Below, piece after piece: positions 7,598 to 16,292 of a stretch of 64,000 nt of DNA. The DNA lies in contig CAYJPQ010000004.1 of the NCBI GenBank assembly GCA_964372085.1, positions 22,247 to 86,246 of the forward strand, in the 5' to 3' direction. The notes under the pieces were generated by a model that searched no databases, was not told the DNA's origin, and saw only the letters and a list, made by a program, of their open reading frames with translations. Source of the DNA: an uncultured Bifidobacteriaceae bacterium (lineage in GTDB: Bacteria > Acidobacteriota > Vicinamibacteria > Vicinamibacterales > UBA2999). The translations under genes were made by a program, and so were the position numbers. Numbering within the stretch: position 1 is the stretch's first letter; each line of letters starts with the position of its first letter.

Positions 7598-9439
7598 TCA
7601 GACCCACCCCTTCCACCAGTAGCTCGCGAGCGCGGCATATTCGTGGAGGATGCCGCGGATCTGCTCGAGCGACGCGCCCCGCTCGTGGGTGTAGAACTGG
7701 CTCTGCGGCACCGGCGCCGGGACGACCGCGACGTCAGGGGCCAGCTTGCTCCACGTCATGGTCGCGCGGCGCATGTGATACGGCGAGCTGACCAGGAGAA
7801 TCCGGTTCCAGCCGTTGCGGTCGAGCATCTGCTTGGTCAGCCGGACGTTGTCGTAGGTGTTCTTCGCAGCTTCTTCGAGCAGGATGGCGTCGGCCGGCAC
7901 ACCGTTGTCGATGGCCACCGCCTTCATCACCTCGGCCTCGCGTAACGTGAACACGTACCCGGACGAGAAGATGAGTTTCGGCGCGTAGCCGGCGCGATAG
8001 AGTGTCACCGCCTGCGTGACGCGTTCCTGGAAGCCGCCGCCGGCCTTGCCCGACTCGCCGACGCCGCCGGCAAAGACGACAATGGCGTCGGCCGGCCTCG
8101 GGGCGTCCGAGATCTTGAGCGGGTCGGCCAGCATCCAGACAAGCGGCGTCTGAAACACCAGGAGGTAGGTCAGGAGCAGCGCCCCCACGCCCTCGAGCGC
8201 ACGGCGCCTGGCCACGTCGTAGAGGCGGCGCAGCCGGTCCTCCCAGCCGCGCGTGCCCGAGTCCTTGGCCGCAATGGCGGCGTCGATGAGGCCCCACATG
8301 GCCGCGATCCGGCGGTCCCAGCCATTCGACCGGGCCACGTCGATGCGCCGTTCGACCTCGGCCGGCGTGGCGCCCGCCATGGCGGCGCGGATTTCCGCGG
8401 CGAAGGCTCCGGCGTCGGCGGCCACCCGCACGATGTCGCCATGCTCTGCGTTGAAGCGCCTGACTTCGGCGAGGTCGGTCGCCACCACCGGCTTGCCCAT
8501 GATCAGGTACTCGTTCAGCTTCGTCGGGTACACGTTGGCCGTGTACTCGGTGATGCGGTACGGCACGAGGCCCACGTCGAAGCCGTGGACGTAGGCGGGC
8601 AGCTCGCGGTGGGCCTTCTTGCCGAGCAGGTGGATGTTCGGCGCCGCGTCGAGGCGCGCGACGTCCACCTGTGGCGGGCCCACCAGCGCGAAGCTGATGT
8701 CGGGGTTCTTCGCGGCCACGTCGGCCAGCAGGTCCAGGTCCATCCATTGGTGCAGGCCGCCCACGTAGCCGGCCACGGGGCGCGGCAGGGCCTGGAGGTC
8801 TGCGGGCGCCACCGGCCCCTGTTCGCGCTCGCGCTCGAACACTTCCAGGCTCACACCGAAGGGAAACAGGTGCACCCGCTCGGCAAACCGCGCGGCGCGC
8901 TGCCGCAAGCGCTCCGAGGTGACAAACACCAGGTCGGCCTCGCGGAAGAGGTGCTGCTCGCTTTCCGCGATGCGCCGGGCCTCGGGCGAGCTCGAGGCCA
9001 GGTCGTCGATGCAGTAGTAGATCGTCAGCGTGGGGTCGATGCTCGCAATCACCGCCCGCGCCAACGGCGTCGGCATGAACGTCCAGACGATGGGCCGTGA
9101 GAACCCCGTGGCGCGCATCCAGCGCGACAGGCTCCGCGTGAGCAACTGGCGGTTGATCCAGCCGGCGATGCGCGAATAGGGCATCGGCAGCACGAGCGGC
9201 GAGAGCACGAACAGGTTGGGTCGCTCTTCGCGGAAGCCCTTGGTGCCCTTCCACCAGTTGCGGAGGCGTTGGCGCAAGCGGCCGATGTCGCTGACCCGCG
9301 GCGCGCGCACCCCGGTGTTCTCGATGAAGAGCACGCGGTGGCCGCCGGCGGCGAGCCTCGACATGATCTCCTGGTGGCCCTGCCAGATGAAGTCCCAGTC
9401 GATTGTCGAGATGCAGAGGATGTCGTGCTGGCGGTTCAT
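7598..9439 (-). CDS. Fusion protein: GT1/GT4-type glycosyltransferase + C-terminal DUF218 (ElyC/YdcF/SanA-like) domain
   Basis: The N-terminal ILCISTIDWDFIWQGHQEIMSRLA motif is typical of a retaining glycosyltransferase family. The C-terminal ~190 aa (ADAIVVFAGGVGE..LVSSPYHMRRA) is DUF218-like. I set the start at ATG 9439. The ORF-track GTG at 9532 would translate the intergenic palindromic repeats. Confidence 0.85.
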   Translation of the reverse strand: MNRQHDILCISTIDWDFIWQGHQEIMSRLAAGGHRVLFIENTGVRAPRVSDIGRLRQRLRNWWKGTKGFREERPNLFVLSPLVLPMPYSRIAGWINRQLLTRSLSRWMRATGFSRPIVWTFMPTPLARAVIASIDPTLTIYYCIDDLASSSPEARRIAESEQHLFREADLVFVTSERLRQRAARFAERVHLFPFGVSLEVFEREREQGPVAPADLQALPRPVAGYVGGLHQWMDLDLLADVAAKNPDISFALVGPPQVDVARLDAAPNIHLLGKKAHRELPAYVHGFDVGLVPYRITEYTANVYPTKLNEYLIMGKPVVATDLAEVRRFNAEHGDIVRVAADAGAFAAEIRAAMAGATPAEVERRIDVARSNGWDRRIAAMWGLIDAAIAAKDSGTRGWEDRLRRLYDVARRRALEGVGALLLTYLLVFQTPLVWMLADPLKISDAPRPADAIVVFAGGVGESGKAGGGFQERVTQAVTLYRAGYAPKLIFSSGYVFTLREAEVMKAVAIDNGVPADAILLEEAAKNTYDNVRLTKQMLDRNGWNRILLVSSPYHMRRATMTWSKLAPDVAVVPAPVPQSQFYTHERGASLEQIRGILHEYAALASYWWKGWV

Positions 9440-9445
9440 GAAGAT

Positions 9446-9504
9446 GTAGGGCGGTCCTTTAGGACCGCCGTCCAAGGTAGGGCGGCCCTTTAGGGCCGCC
9501 GTCC
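9446..9504. repeat. Tandem pair of 28-nt palindromic (hairpin) units
   Basis: Unit 1 is GTAGGGCGGTCCTTTAGGACCGCCGTCC (9446-9473) and unit 2 is GTAGGGCGGCCCTTTAGGGCCGCCGTCC (9477-9504). They differ by 2 compensatory changes. Each forms an 8-9 bp GC stem with a 4-nt loop. The stop codon TAA of the upstream gene (9490-9492) lies in the loop of unit 2. Confidence 0.9.
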
Positions 9505-10674
9505 GAGCACTTCGGTATACGCGGCCATCCACATGGCGGCCACGCGCTCAATCGTATACCGCTCCTCCACCGTCCGCCGCGCGGCGGCGCCCATTCGTGC
9601 CGCCTCCTCGGGGCGGGCCAGCACGCCGGCGAGGGCCGCCGCCAGGCCCTCGGCGTCGCCTGACGGCACGAGACGTCCGTTCACGCCGTCTTCGATCATC
9701 ACGTCGGTCGACCCGGGCAGGCGCGAGGCGATGCACGGCAGCCCGCAGGCCATCGCTTCGAGCAGGACAATGGGCAGGCCCTCGCGGGCCGAGGGCAAGA
9801 CGAAAACATCAGCAGCGCGAAAGTAGTCCTCGATGGTGCGTGTCGGTGGCACGAGCCGCAGCCGGTCGCCACATCCCGACCGATCGGCGGCCTCGCGAAT
9901 GGATGCCGCCAGTTGCGCATCGGCCTCGAACTGCCGGGGACTGGTCGCGCCAACGCACACCAGCGTCGATGCCAGCTCCGCCTCACTTTGAAGCTTGAGC
10001 CAGGCCTCGAACAACACCTGCGGCTGCTTGTCGCGAGAGAAGATGCCGACAAACAGGACAATCGGCCCTTCGACCGGCAGCCCCAGTTTGTTGCGCAGTG
10101 CCGTCCGCTCTGCCGCGTCCGGGAGCGCGAATCTGACCGGGTCCACGCCATTGGGCACGTCGCGGAATTTGTCGCGCGGCAGCCCGGCGGAAACCGCCGC
10201 CGCCGTCAGGGCGCGGCTCACGCTGAGGTAAAGCGTGGCCGAACGAAACGCCCACCACGCCAGCCGGCCCTGGGCTTTCACCGCCGGCGGCTCGTCGTGC
10301 CTGGCGGTTTGCAGGTGCAGAATCACCGGCAGGCCGAATAGTCTGGCCAACGCCATGATGAGGATGTTCTTGGTCGAGTAGCCCTGGATGTGCACGACAT
10401 CGACACCGGGCAGCAGCCGCACGACCGCCAGCGTCAGTCGCAGCAGCGCGCCGACGAATGACAGGCGGCTGTTCACATTGATGTAGACGCGGGAGACGGG
10501 CACGCCGTCCACGCGGTCCTGCCGGCTCAGCGTGGGATCGGACGATGTCGTGACGACGACCGCGTCCAGGTGCGGGCCGAGGGCGCGAGCAACCGCCGCG
10601 GATTGCAGCCCGCCGCTGCTCAGCTCTGGAGAGTAGGCGCCCGCGACCAGCAGCACGCGTGGTCGCGGGGTCAT
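9490..10674 (-). CDS. GT4-family glycosyltransferase
   Basis: Contains the EX7E-type motif region EGLPIVLLEAMACGLPCIASRLPGSTDVMIEDGVNGRLV. Length is 394 aa. Confidence 0.9.
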   Translation of the reverse strand: MTPRPRVLLVAGAYSPELSSGGLQSAAVARALGPHLDAVVVTTSSDPTLSRQDRVDGVPVSRVYINVNSRLSFVGALLRLTLAVVRLLPGVDVVHIQGYSTKNILIMALARLFGLPVILHLQTARHDEPPAVKAQGRLAWWAFRSATLYLSVSRALTAAAVSAGLPRDKFRDVPNGVDPVRFALPDAAERTALRNKLGLPVEGPIVLFVGIFSRDKQPQVLFEAWLKLQSEAELASTLVCVGATSPRQFEADAQLAASIREAADRSGCGDRLRLVPPTRTIEDYFRAADVFVLPSAREGLPIVLLEAMACGLPCIASRLPGSTDVMIEDGVNGRLVPSGDAEGLAAALAGVLARPEEAARMGAAARRTVEERYTIERVAAMWMAAYTEVLGRRP

Positions 10675-10716
10675 GCGTGGTGTGAAGCCAACGGTTCGAG
10701 GGACAACCTTGACTGC

Positions 10717-10734
10717 GTAATCTGTGTAATCTGT
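10717..10734. repeat. Tandem 9-mer GTAATCTGT x2 in an intergenic spacer
   Basis: Read directly at 10717-10725 and 10726-10734. It lies in the 63-nt gap between the Wzz-like gene stop and the GT4 gene start. Confidence 0.6.
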
Positions 10735-10737
10735 GGC

Positions 10738-12264
10738 CTAGGCGTTGACGGTGCTCTTCACATATCGCCGGAGGTGGAACAGCACGAGGCAAGTCATCGC
10801 CAGGATTACCGGTGCGCCGAGGAAGACACCGATCACCAGCAGGAGGAAATCTCTCATGCTGAAGGCCCTGAGCGCCGTGACCTGCGCCGGCTGTTCAACC
10901 CGATACAACGCGGAGCCGGCGCGAAACGCCACCCGGGAGAACTCGTTGTAGATGTCGTTGAACAGTTGCGTGGCGTCCTTCGCCTCGGCGGTGATGGCCG
11001 CGAGTCTCTTCCCCACCTCGTCTGCGGGCAGCGAATCGCTGCTGGTGTCCTTCATGGCGGCGAGGAGGTTGCGATAATGCTCCACGACGGATGCGCGGCT
11101 GACCGTATCGATGGAAGCCTCGATCACGTTGCGGGTAATCTCTTGCCGAAACTCGGTATTCGTGGCAGAGAGCGCGACAATGCCCTCGATGAAGGTGCGA
11201 TCGATCTGGGGTGTCAGGGCCTGGACATCACTCGAACTCTGCGACCTTCCATTGGCCGCTCCGCTGTTGGCGGTCGGCGTCGACGACACTCCTGAGTACT
11301 CCCGTAATGCCTGGCGATACGCCTCGGCCCGGCTTTCAGCCGCTCGCAGTTGGGTCGTCGCGGTCTCGAGAGCCTGGGTGACCCAGCGCAGTGACTCCCG
11401 CCCGAAACCGCGTCCGGCTATGCCGATCAGCGGATCGAGCCGGGCCTGCATGAGATCCTCGAGACGCAGCCGGACTTCGGCAAACGTGACCGGGACCTTG
11501 CCGGCGCGCACCATTTCCGCGCCCGGCAGCTTCTCTACCTGGGAGATGTTCTCGATGACGCGAACGATGGCGGCGCGAACCAAATCGGCGCGGACCAGCA
11601 GCGCGGCACTTGATGCATCCGGCAGGACGAACACTTCAGGAGAGAGAACGGCTGACCTGATCTTCAGCACGCCGCGTCGTGCCTGCGATTCGACCGCCCA
11701 GGTCTCCAACACCTCCGACATGGCCTTCAGCACCACCGCCTGCGGCGCACTGGCACATTCGGCGGGCCTGACGAACATGAGTTGGTACGCCCGCGGCAGC
11801 GCCTCTCGGCGCGCGACGAACTCGTCCTGCAGCCGTTGTCGATCGACGGCCGTCAAACGGGTGTCGCTCAGGCGCGCCTGGTATTCAGCACTCAAGAACT
11901 GAAGGGCAGGCGAAGATTCCTGCACCGAGAGACCGCCGCGAAAGAAATCGACCGGGCAATATTGCTCCAGGCCATTCTTGGCAAACACCTGCGCAACAAC
12001 CGAGGCGTCGGTGATATCCGAAGGTGCAAAAGGCAGGTCGTTGGGATACTTGCCATCATCGGCGCCCTCGAACACCGGGCGAAAGCCGATTCCGGCGCTC
12101 CATGCGCTTGGTTGAAGGAAGAAGTACAGCGCCCCGAGCAGCAGGGCAATCACGGTTGCGCCGATGGTGCCTTGCCAGATCAGCCGCCGGTAGTGGATCA
12201 GCGGCCGAAAGAGGTCGCCGAGCAGTATCTCGTCATTCTGGTCTTGGTTCTCAGGATTGGTCAT
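10738..12264 (-). CDS. Polysaccharide co-polymerase (Wzz/GumC-like chain-length determinant), no kinase domain
   Basis: One TM lies near the N-terminus (IGATVIALLLGALYFFL) and one near the C-terminus (LLLVIGVFLGAPVILAMTCLVLF). They flank a ~400-aa soluble region with no Walker motifs. Starting at ATG 12264 gives an ATGA overlap with the upstream stop. Confidence 0.65.
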   Translation of the reverse strand: MTNPENQDQNDEILLGDLFRPLIHYRRLIWQGTIGATVIALLLGALYFFLQPSAWSAGIGFRPVFEGADDGKYPNDLPFAPSDITDASVVAQVFAKNGLEQYCPVDFFRGGLSVQESSPALQFLSAEYQARLSDTRLTAVDRQRLQDEFVARREALPRAYQLMFVRPAECASAPQAVVLKAMSEVLETWAVESQARRGVLKIRSAVLSPEVFVLPDASSAALLVRADLVRAAIVRVIENISQVEKLPGAEMVRAGKVPVTFAEVRLRLEDLMQARLDPLIGIAGRGFGRESLRWVTQALETATTQLRAAESRAEAYRQALREYSGVSSTPTANSGAANGRSQSSSDVQALTPQIDRTFIEGIVALSATNTEFRQEITRNVIEASIDTVSRASVVEHYRNLLAAMKDTSSDSLPADEVGKRLAAITAEAKDATQLFNDIYNEFSRVAFRAGSALYRVEQPAQVTALRAFSMRDFLLLVIGVFLGAPVILAMTCLVLFHLRRYVKSTVNA

Positions 12265-12785
12265 GGCCACCTGTCATTATCGTTCACAATTCGCATCCGC
12301 ACGGCATCTGGATCCGCGCTGACCACAGTGAAGCCGCATGCCCGATAGACGGCCAAGGCCGCGTCATTCGCGGGTACCACTTCGAGGTGAACATCCTTCA
12401 ACTGCCATGGCCCGAGCGCCTCGTCCACGACGCGGGTCGTCGCCAGTTGCGCAAGGCCCAGCCCGCGCGCTTCTGCCGCGCCAATTATCAACCGTCCAAA
12501 CTCTGCGGTCCCGGCCGACCAGTCGATGTTGTACAGCGCCACCTGCCCCACCGGCTGCTTCAGCGTCTCGGTTTCCTCGATTACAAACACGAAGTCATCG
12601 TCTTTTTTGATGTATCGCTCCCACCATGCGCGATGCTGTTCGGGCGTGATTACGTCGGAATTGAAGAACCATTTCCGAATGTGATCCTGGTTGCGCCACG
12701 CCAGGGTCATTGGCAGGTCGGCCTCTTCGAGGAGGCGCAGCCGGACCCGGCCTTTGACGAGCGTGGCGATGGCGCGTTTAGCCAA
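12261..12785 (-). CDS. GNAT N-acetyltransferase, PseH/WecD-like (amino-sugar N-acetyltransferase)
   Basis: Contains VRLRLLEEADLPMTLAWRNQDHIRKWFF..EQHRAWW and the acetyl-CoA motif RGLGLA. The TTG start overlaps the upstream gene by 8 nt. Confidence 0.75.
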   Translation of the reverse strand: MAKRAIATLVKGRVRLRLLEEADLPMTLAWRNQDHIRKWFFNSDVITPEQHRAWWERYIKKDDDFVFVIEETETLKQPVGQVALYNIDWSAGTAEFGRLIIGAAEARGLGLAQLATTRVVDEALGPWQLKDVHLEVVPANDAALAVYRACGFTVVSADPDAVRMRIVNDNDRWP

Positions 12786-13905
12786 TCAGGGTCCGCAACG
12801 TATCGCACACACGATGGACATCGGCGCGCTCGAGCTGCATGTGCATGGGCAGCGAGATCACGCGCTCGCTGGCGCGGCTGGCACGCGGGCACGGCGGCTG
12901 GTCCGCATACATGGCATAGGCGGCATTGTCGCGGTAGTGAACGCCCGGGTAGATCTGGGCCTTATTGAGGCCCACCATCACATCGTCACGACGATCCACC
13001 ATGACCTGGTAGAGGTGACGGGCCGATTCGCAGCCGGGCGCCACTGGCACGCGCTCGACCGCCTCGGCGCCGGCCAGCCCCTCGTCGTACCACGCCGCCA
13101 ACTGGCGGCGATAGTGGTTGTCGGCGTCGAGGTACTTCAGGGAGACGAGGCCGATCCCGGCCATGATCGAGTTGCCGTGGTATTTGAAGCCCACGTGCTC
13201 CACCTGGTAGTGCCACTTGTAAGTGCTGTCGCTCTGGGTCCTCGCGAAGGTGTCCTTGTCGATCCCCAGCCACGTCCAGTGGCGCGCCGCCGTGTCGGAC
13301 TCGTCATCCGGAAAACAGATCATGCCGGCGTCTGCGGTGGGGAGATTCTTCACCGCGTGGTAGCTGAACACGCTGACATGGCCTTCGGCACCAACATGAC
13401 GGCCATTCAGGCGGGTGCCCGCCATGTGCGCGGCATCGAGGATCAGTTTCAAGCCGCGCTCGCGACACAGTTGGGCGACGGCCGGCAATTGGCCCGTATT
13501 GCCGCCAAGACCGACAAAGATCACGGCGCGAGTTCGCGGCGTGATGCGGTCGGCGACCGATGCCGGGTCGAGGCACAGAAACTCGTCGACGTCAGCAAAG
13601 ACCGGCCGGAGGCTCTCGTAGAGAATCGCGTGGTTGCTCGACACGAAGGTCAACGGCGTGCTGATGATCTCGTCGCCGGCCTGCCAGCCGTAACGTTCCT
13701 TGAGGAGCCGAACGGCCAGATGCAGTCCCGACGTGGCGGAATTGAGAAAATGCGCGTGCGGCAGTCCCGTATAGCCTTTCCAGGCTTCCTCGAACTCGAC
13801 GGTCTTATAGCCAAGACCCGTCCAGCCTTTCTCCAGGCACTCCCGTACCTGGGCCAGGCACTCCTCCACGCGAAACGTCGGAACAAATAATTGTATTGGT
13901 TTCAT
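12778..13905 (-). CDS. DegT/DnrJ/EryC1/StrS-family sugar aminotransferase
   Basis: Carries the PLP-lysine context SYHAVKN and an N-terminus typical of the family (FVPTF..). It has an ATGA overlap with the upstream gene. Confidence 0.9.
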   Translation of the reverse strand: MKPIQLFVPTFRVEECLAQVRECLEKGWTGLGYKTVEFEEAWKGYTGLPHAHFLNSATSGLHLAVRLLKERYGWQAGDEIISTPLTFVSSNHAILYESLRPVFADVDEFLCLDPASVADRITPRTRAVIFVGLGGNTGQLPAVAQLCRERGLKLILDAAHMAGTRLNGRHVGAEGHVSVFSYHAVKNLPTADAGMICFPDDESDTAARHWTWLGIDKDTFARTQSDSTYKWHYQVEHVGFKYHGNSIMAGIGLVSLKYLDADNHYRRQLAAWYDEGLAGAEAVERVPVAPGCESARHLYQVMVDRRDDVMVGLNKAQIYPGVHYRDNAAYAMYADQPPCPRASRASERVISLPMHMQLERADVHRVCDTLRTLIG

Positions 13906-15689
13906 GATCCTCCGGTCAGCCGGCGGAGTTTGTTGCGCGCACGATACGTGTAGGCCGCCGTGGCGCGGCGAAACCGTGTCGCCACGCCGGGGACCGCACG
14001 ACTGCTCGTCCGCCAGGGCGCACTGGCCCGCATCAGGTGCTGATAACCGTCAAGCACTCGATCCGCATGCAAGGCCCACGTCAGCGTCGCGCCGGCCGCC
14101 CGAATTTGACTCACCTGCACCTCGGGATTCGTCCGCAGTCGAAAGACGTGGTCGGCAAACGCCCGGACCTGCCACCCGACGCAGGCATCGACACCGGGCA
14201 GCATCTCCCGCAGAGGCCCGAACGCGACAAACGCGGTTGGCGTGTCGAACGCGGCGGCTTCGAACGGAACCAACCCGAAGCCCTCGCTGGAGGTTGGGTA
14301 CAGGACCACTTCGGCATGCCGAAGGAGCCAGCGCTTAACGACCGAGGAAACTGAACCCAACCTGACCACGTCATGCCCAAGCGAGCCGGAACCCGAGAGC
14401 TCGTGGTCGAAGGTCGAGCCGCGGTCGAGGTGATAGCCCGCCAAGACCAGGCGGCCTTGGTATCCACGGTCGCGCATGTTGGCAAAGACCCTAACCGCAA
14501 AGTCGCGATTCTTGTGCTCGAAGTCGTTGCCGAGCACCAGGAGAAACGGGGCGTCGGCCAAGCCTTGCAGGTCGGCTTCGTGCCCGCCCGTCTCGTCGAA
14601 AGGCCCGGCCAGATGATCGGTTCCGAGCGGAATCGGTCGCACCGGACCGCTGAGCCGGTGGGCGAACTGGTTCTCCAGCCGGGTCGCGACATGCCGGCTG
14701 ATCGCGAACACGCAGTCGGCGAGGCACACGTTCTCGTCGAAGATCTCCTGGTACCGGCGCCAGGCCCACGCCGACTCGTGGTACGCGGGATTGTCGTAGG
14801 CAATCAGGTCGAGCACCGTGAGTGCGACGCACCGGGCCACCGCGTGATAGCGCCGATAGTCCACGTTCATGTCGGGCTGGTACGGCCGGTGCAGGATGTC
14901 AACCACCGGCGCGCGTTTCGCCAGCGCTCCCTGCCACGACAAACCGCTGACCTTGGGAAGCCCGTCGAAGACACGGGACACCAGACCAGTGTCAGACAAC
15001 AGCACGATGCGGCCGATCTCCGGCCTGCTCGCAAGTGTGCGAACCATCTCCACGGCCGCCACCTGTGCGCCTGATTCAGTGTTGTCCAGCCACGCCGCGT
15101 CGATTCCCAGTGAAATGGTTGACCGCGTGTCGCATGTGCCTACGAAGAGGTCGGGCCGCACAAACGGCACAACGCCCGTGACCTGAGCGGCATCTGGTGG
15201 GGGCAGGCCGGCTTCGCGGAATGACGAAGGATCGACCACTTGCCAGTAATGGACCAGTCCCTTGAGGGTCGCGGCTGCCACCCATTGGTCGAACCGTGCC
15301 CCGGCTACATGCGACTGGTTATCCGCATCACGGACGCCTATCAAGTCGGCCGTCAGGCCACTGACAAACGTCAGCGGCAGCACGGCCGTTGCCGCCTGCG
15401 CCGTATCGCCAATCTTGAGTGACTCCAGTCCTGGCAGTCCTGGAGTGACAACGGAGCAGGTGGCCACCTCGGCGCGTCCGGCCATGGTCCGCTCCGCGGC
15501 TGCAAGCCACCCCTGCACGGCTGGCGCCCGCAGTGTCGCCGGCTCCCCACGGCAAACAGCCCATAGACCCAGGCCACCGAGGCCGGAAAGGCGCTGGATC
15601 CACAAGCGATTCTCGCTGGGCATCAAAGTGAGGCTATTGACGGGCCGGCACCGGCCGCCGCTCGGCGTCGCCAAGGACGGCCCAGGCAA
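13902..15689 (-). CDS. GT4-family glycosyltransferase with ~250-aa N-terminal region of unknown function
   Basis: The C-terminal half contains LVLGNDFEHKNRDFAV..YPTSSEGFGLVPFEAAAFDTPTA. The start is uncertain; an alternative is ATG 15623 (MPSENRLW). Confidence 0.8.
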   Translation of the reverse strand: MPGPSLATPSGGRCRPVNSLTLMPSENRLWIQRLSGLGGLGLWAVCRGEPATLRAPAVQGWLAAAERTMAGRAEVATCSVVTPGLPGLESLKIGDTAQAATAVLPLTFVSGLTADLIGVRDADNQSHVAGARFDQWVAAATLKGLVHYWQVVDPSSFREAGLPPPDAAQVTGVVPFVRPDLFVGTCDTRSTISLGIDAAWLDNTESGAQVAAVEMVRTLASRPEIGRIVLLSDTGLVSRVFDGLPKVSGLSWQGALAKRAPVVDILHRPYQPDMNVDYRRYHAVARCVALTVLDLIAYDNPAYHESAWAWRRYQEIFDENVCLADCVFAISRHVATRLENQFAHRLSGPVRPIPLGTDHLAGPFDETGGHEADLQGLADAPFLLVLGNDFEHKNRDFAVRVFANMRDRGYQGRLVLAGYHLDRGSTFDHELSGSGSLGHDVVRLGSVSSVVKRWLLRHAEVVLYPTSSEGFGLVPFEAAAFDTPTAFVAFGPLREMLPGVDACVGWQVRAFADHVFRLRTNPEVQVSQIRAAGATLTWALHADRVLDGYQHLMRASAPWRTSSRAVPGVATRFRRATAAYTYRARNKLRRLTGGS

Positions 15690-15753
15690 ACACCAGGAAG
15701 GCCCAATGAAACGCCATCACGAGGGCCCACTGAACGGCGCGAATCCGGCGGCG

Positions 15754-16218
15754 TTATCGGACTCGTATGCCCACATCGTCGCCCACGGGCCGTGCCAACT
15801 GACTGGAAAACGGAGTATCGACAATGCCGTCGGGGCCGGCTGACAAAACCCACACGGCCTTGTCGTTCGCCATCGCTTCGGCAAGATTCACAAGGTAGCA
15901 GTTGCCCCAGGGGTCGGCGGCCAGCGGAGTGGGATCGCTGTTCCCGCGTGCAAAATTCGCACGTGGCGCCGTGACCCACTGCCGGGCGCCGGGCAGCCGG
16001 GCCAACGGCATGCGCCCCGATCCGCACGCGGCGTCGCCGTCGCGGGCCATCTCGACGAGACGCGATTGGTCTGCGCGCAACACCTCGGCCAGGTTCGTGA
16101 CGACTCGTGTCGCCGCCCGCACGCGCGAGCGATTCACCGCGTAGGCGCCGAGCGGCGGTACGACCGCGGTGGCGAGCAGGATGAGCGCGAGCGTCGCGAG
16201 CACGCGTCGGCCGGTCAA
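15754..16218 (-). CDS. GspG/pseudopilin-like protein lacking the canonical prepilin cleavage motif
   Basis: Has an N-terminal hydrophobic helix (VLATLALILLATAVV). The C-terminal motifs DPWGNCY and VLSAGPDG resemble the T2SS major pseudopilin globular domain. No G/FTLIE-type N-methylation motif is present. The start is TTG. Confidence 0.5.
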   Translation of the reverse strand: MTGRRVLATLALILLATAVVPPLGAYAVNRSRVRAATRVVTNLAEVLRADQSRLVEMARDGDAACGSGRMPLARLPGARQWVTAPRANFARGNSDPTPLAADPWGNCYLVNLAEAMANDKAVWVLSAGPDGIVDTPFSSQLARPVGDDVGIRVR

Positions 16219-16242
16219 AGCTTCACCGTGGGCTCTGCCTTC

Positions 16243-16279
16243 TCATGAAAATCCAGCGACTATAACAGATATTTCATGA
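16243..16279. promoter_or_regulatory. Inverted repeat TCATGAAA / TTTCATGA in a divergent A+T-rich intergenic region
   Basis: 8-bp arms at 16243-16250 and 16272-16279 with a 21-nt spacer. It lies between the divergent pseudopilin-like and AAA ATPase genes. Confidence 0.3.
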
Positions 16280-16292
16280 TAGTGTGTAACCA

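Noticed and set aside
9446-9504. Interpreting the tandem hairpins as rho-independent terminators
   Set aside because: No U-tract follows either stem on the transcribed (minus) strand, and the next gene starts 6 nt later in the same orientation. A REP-like or regulatory RNA structure is more likely.
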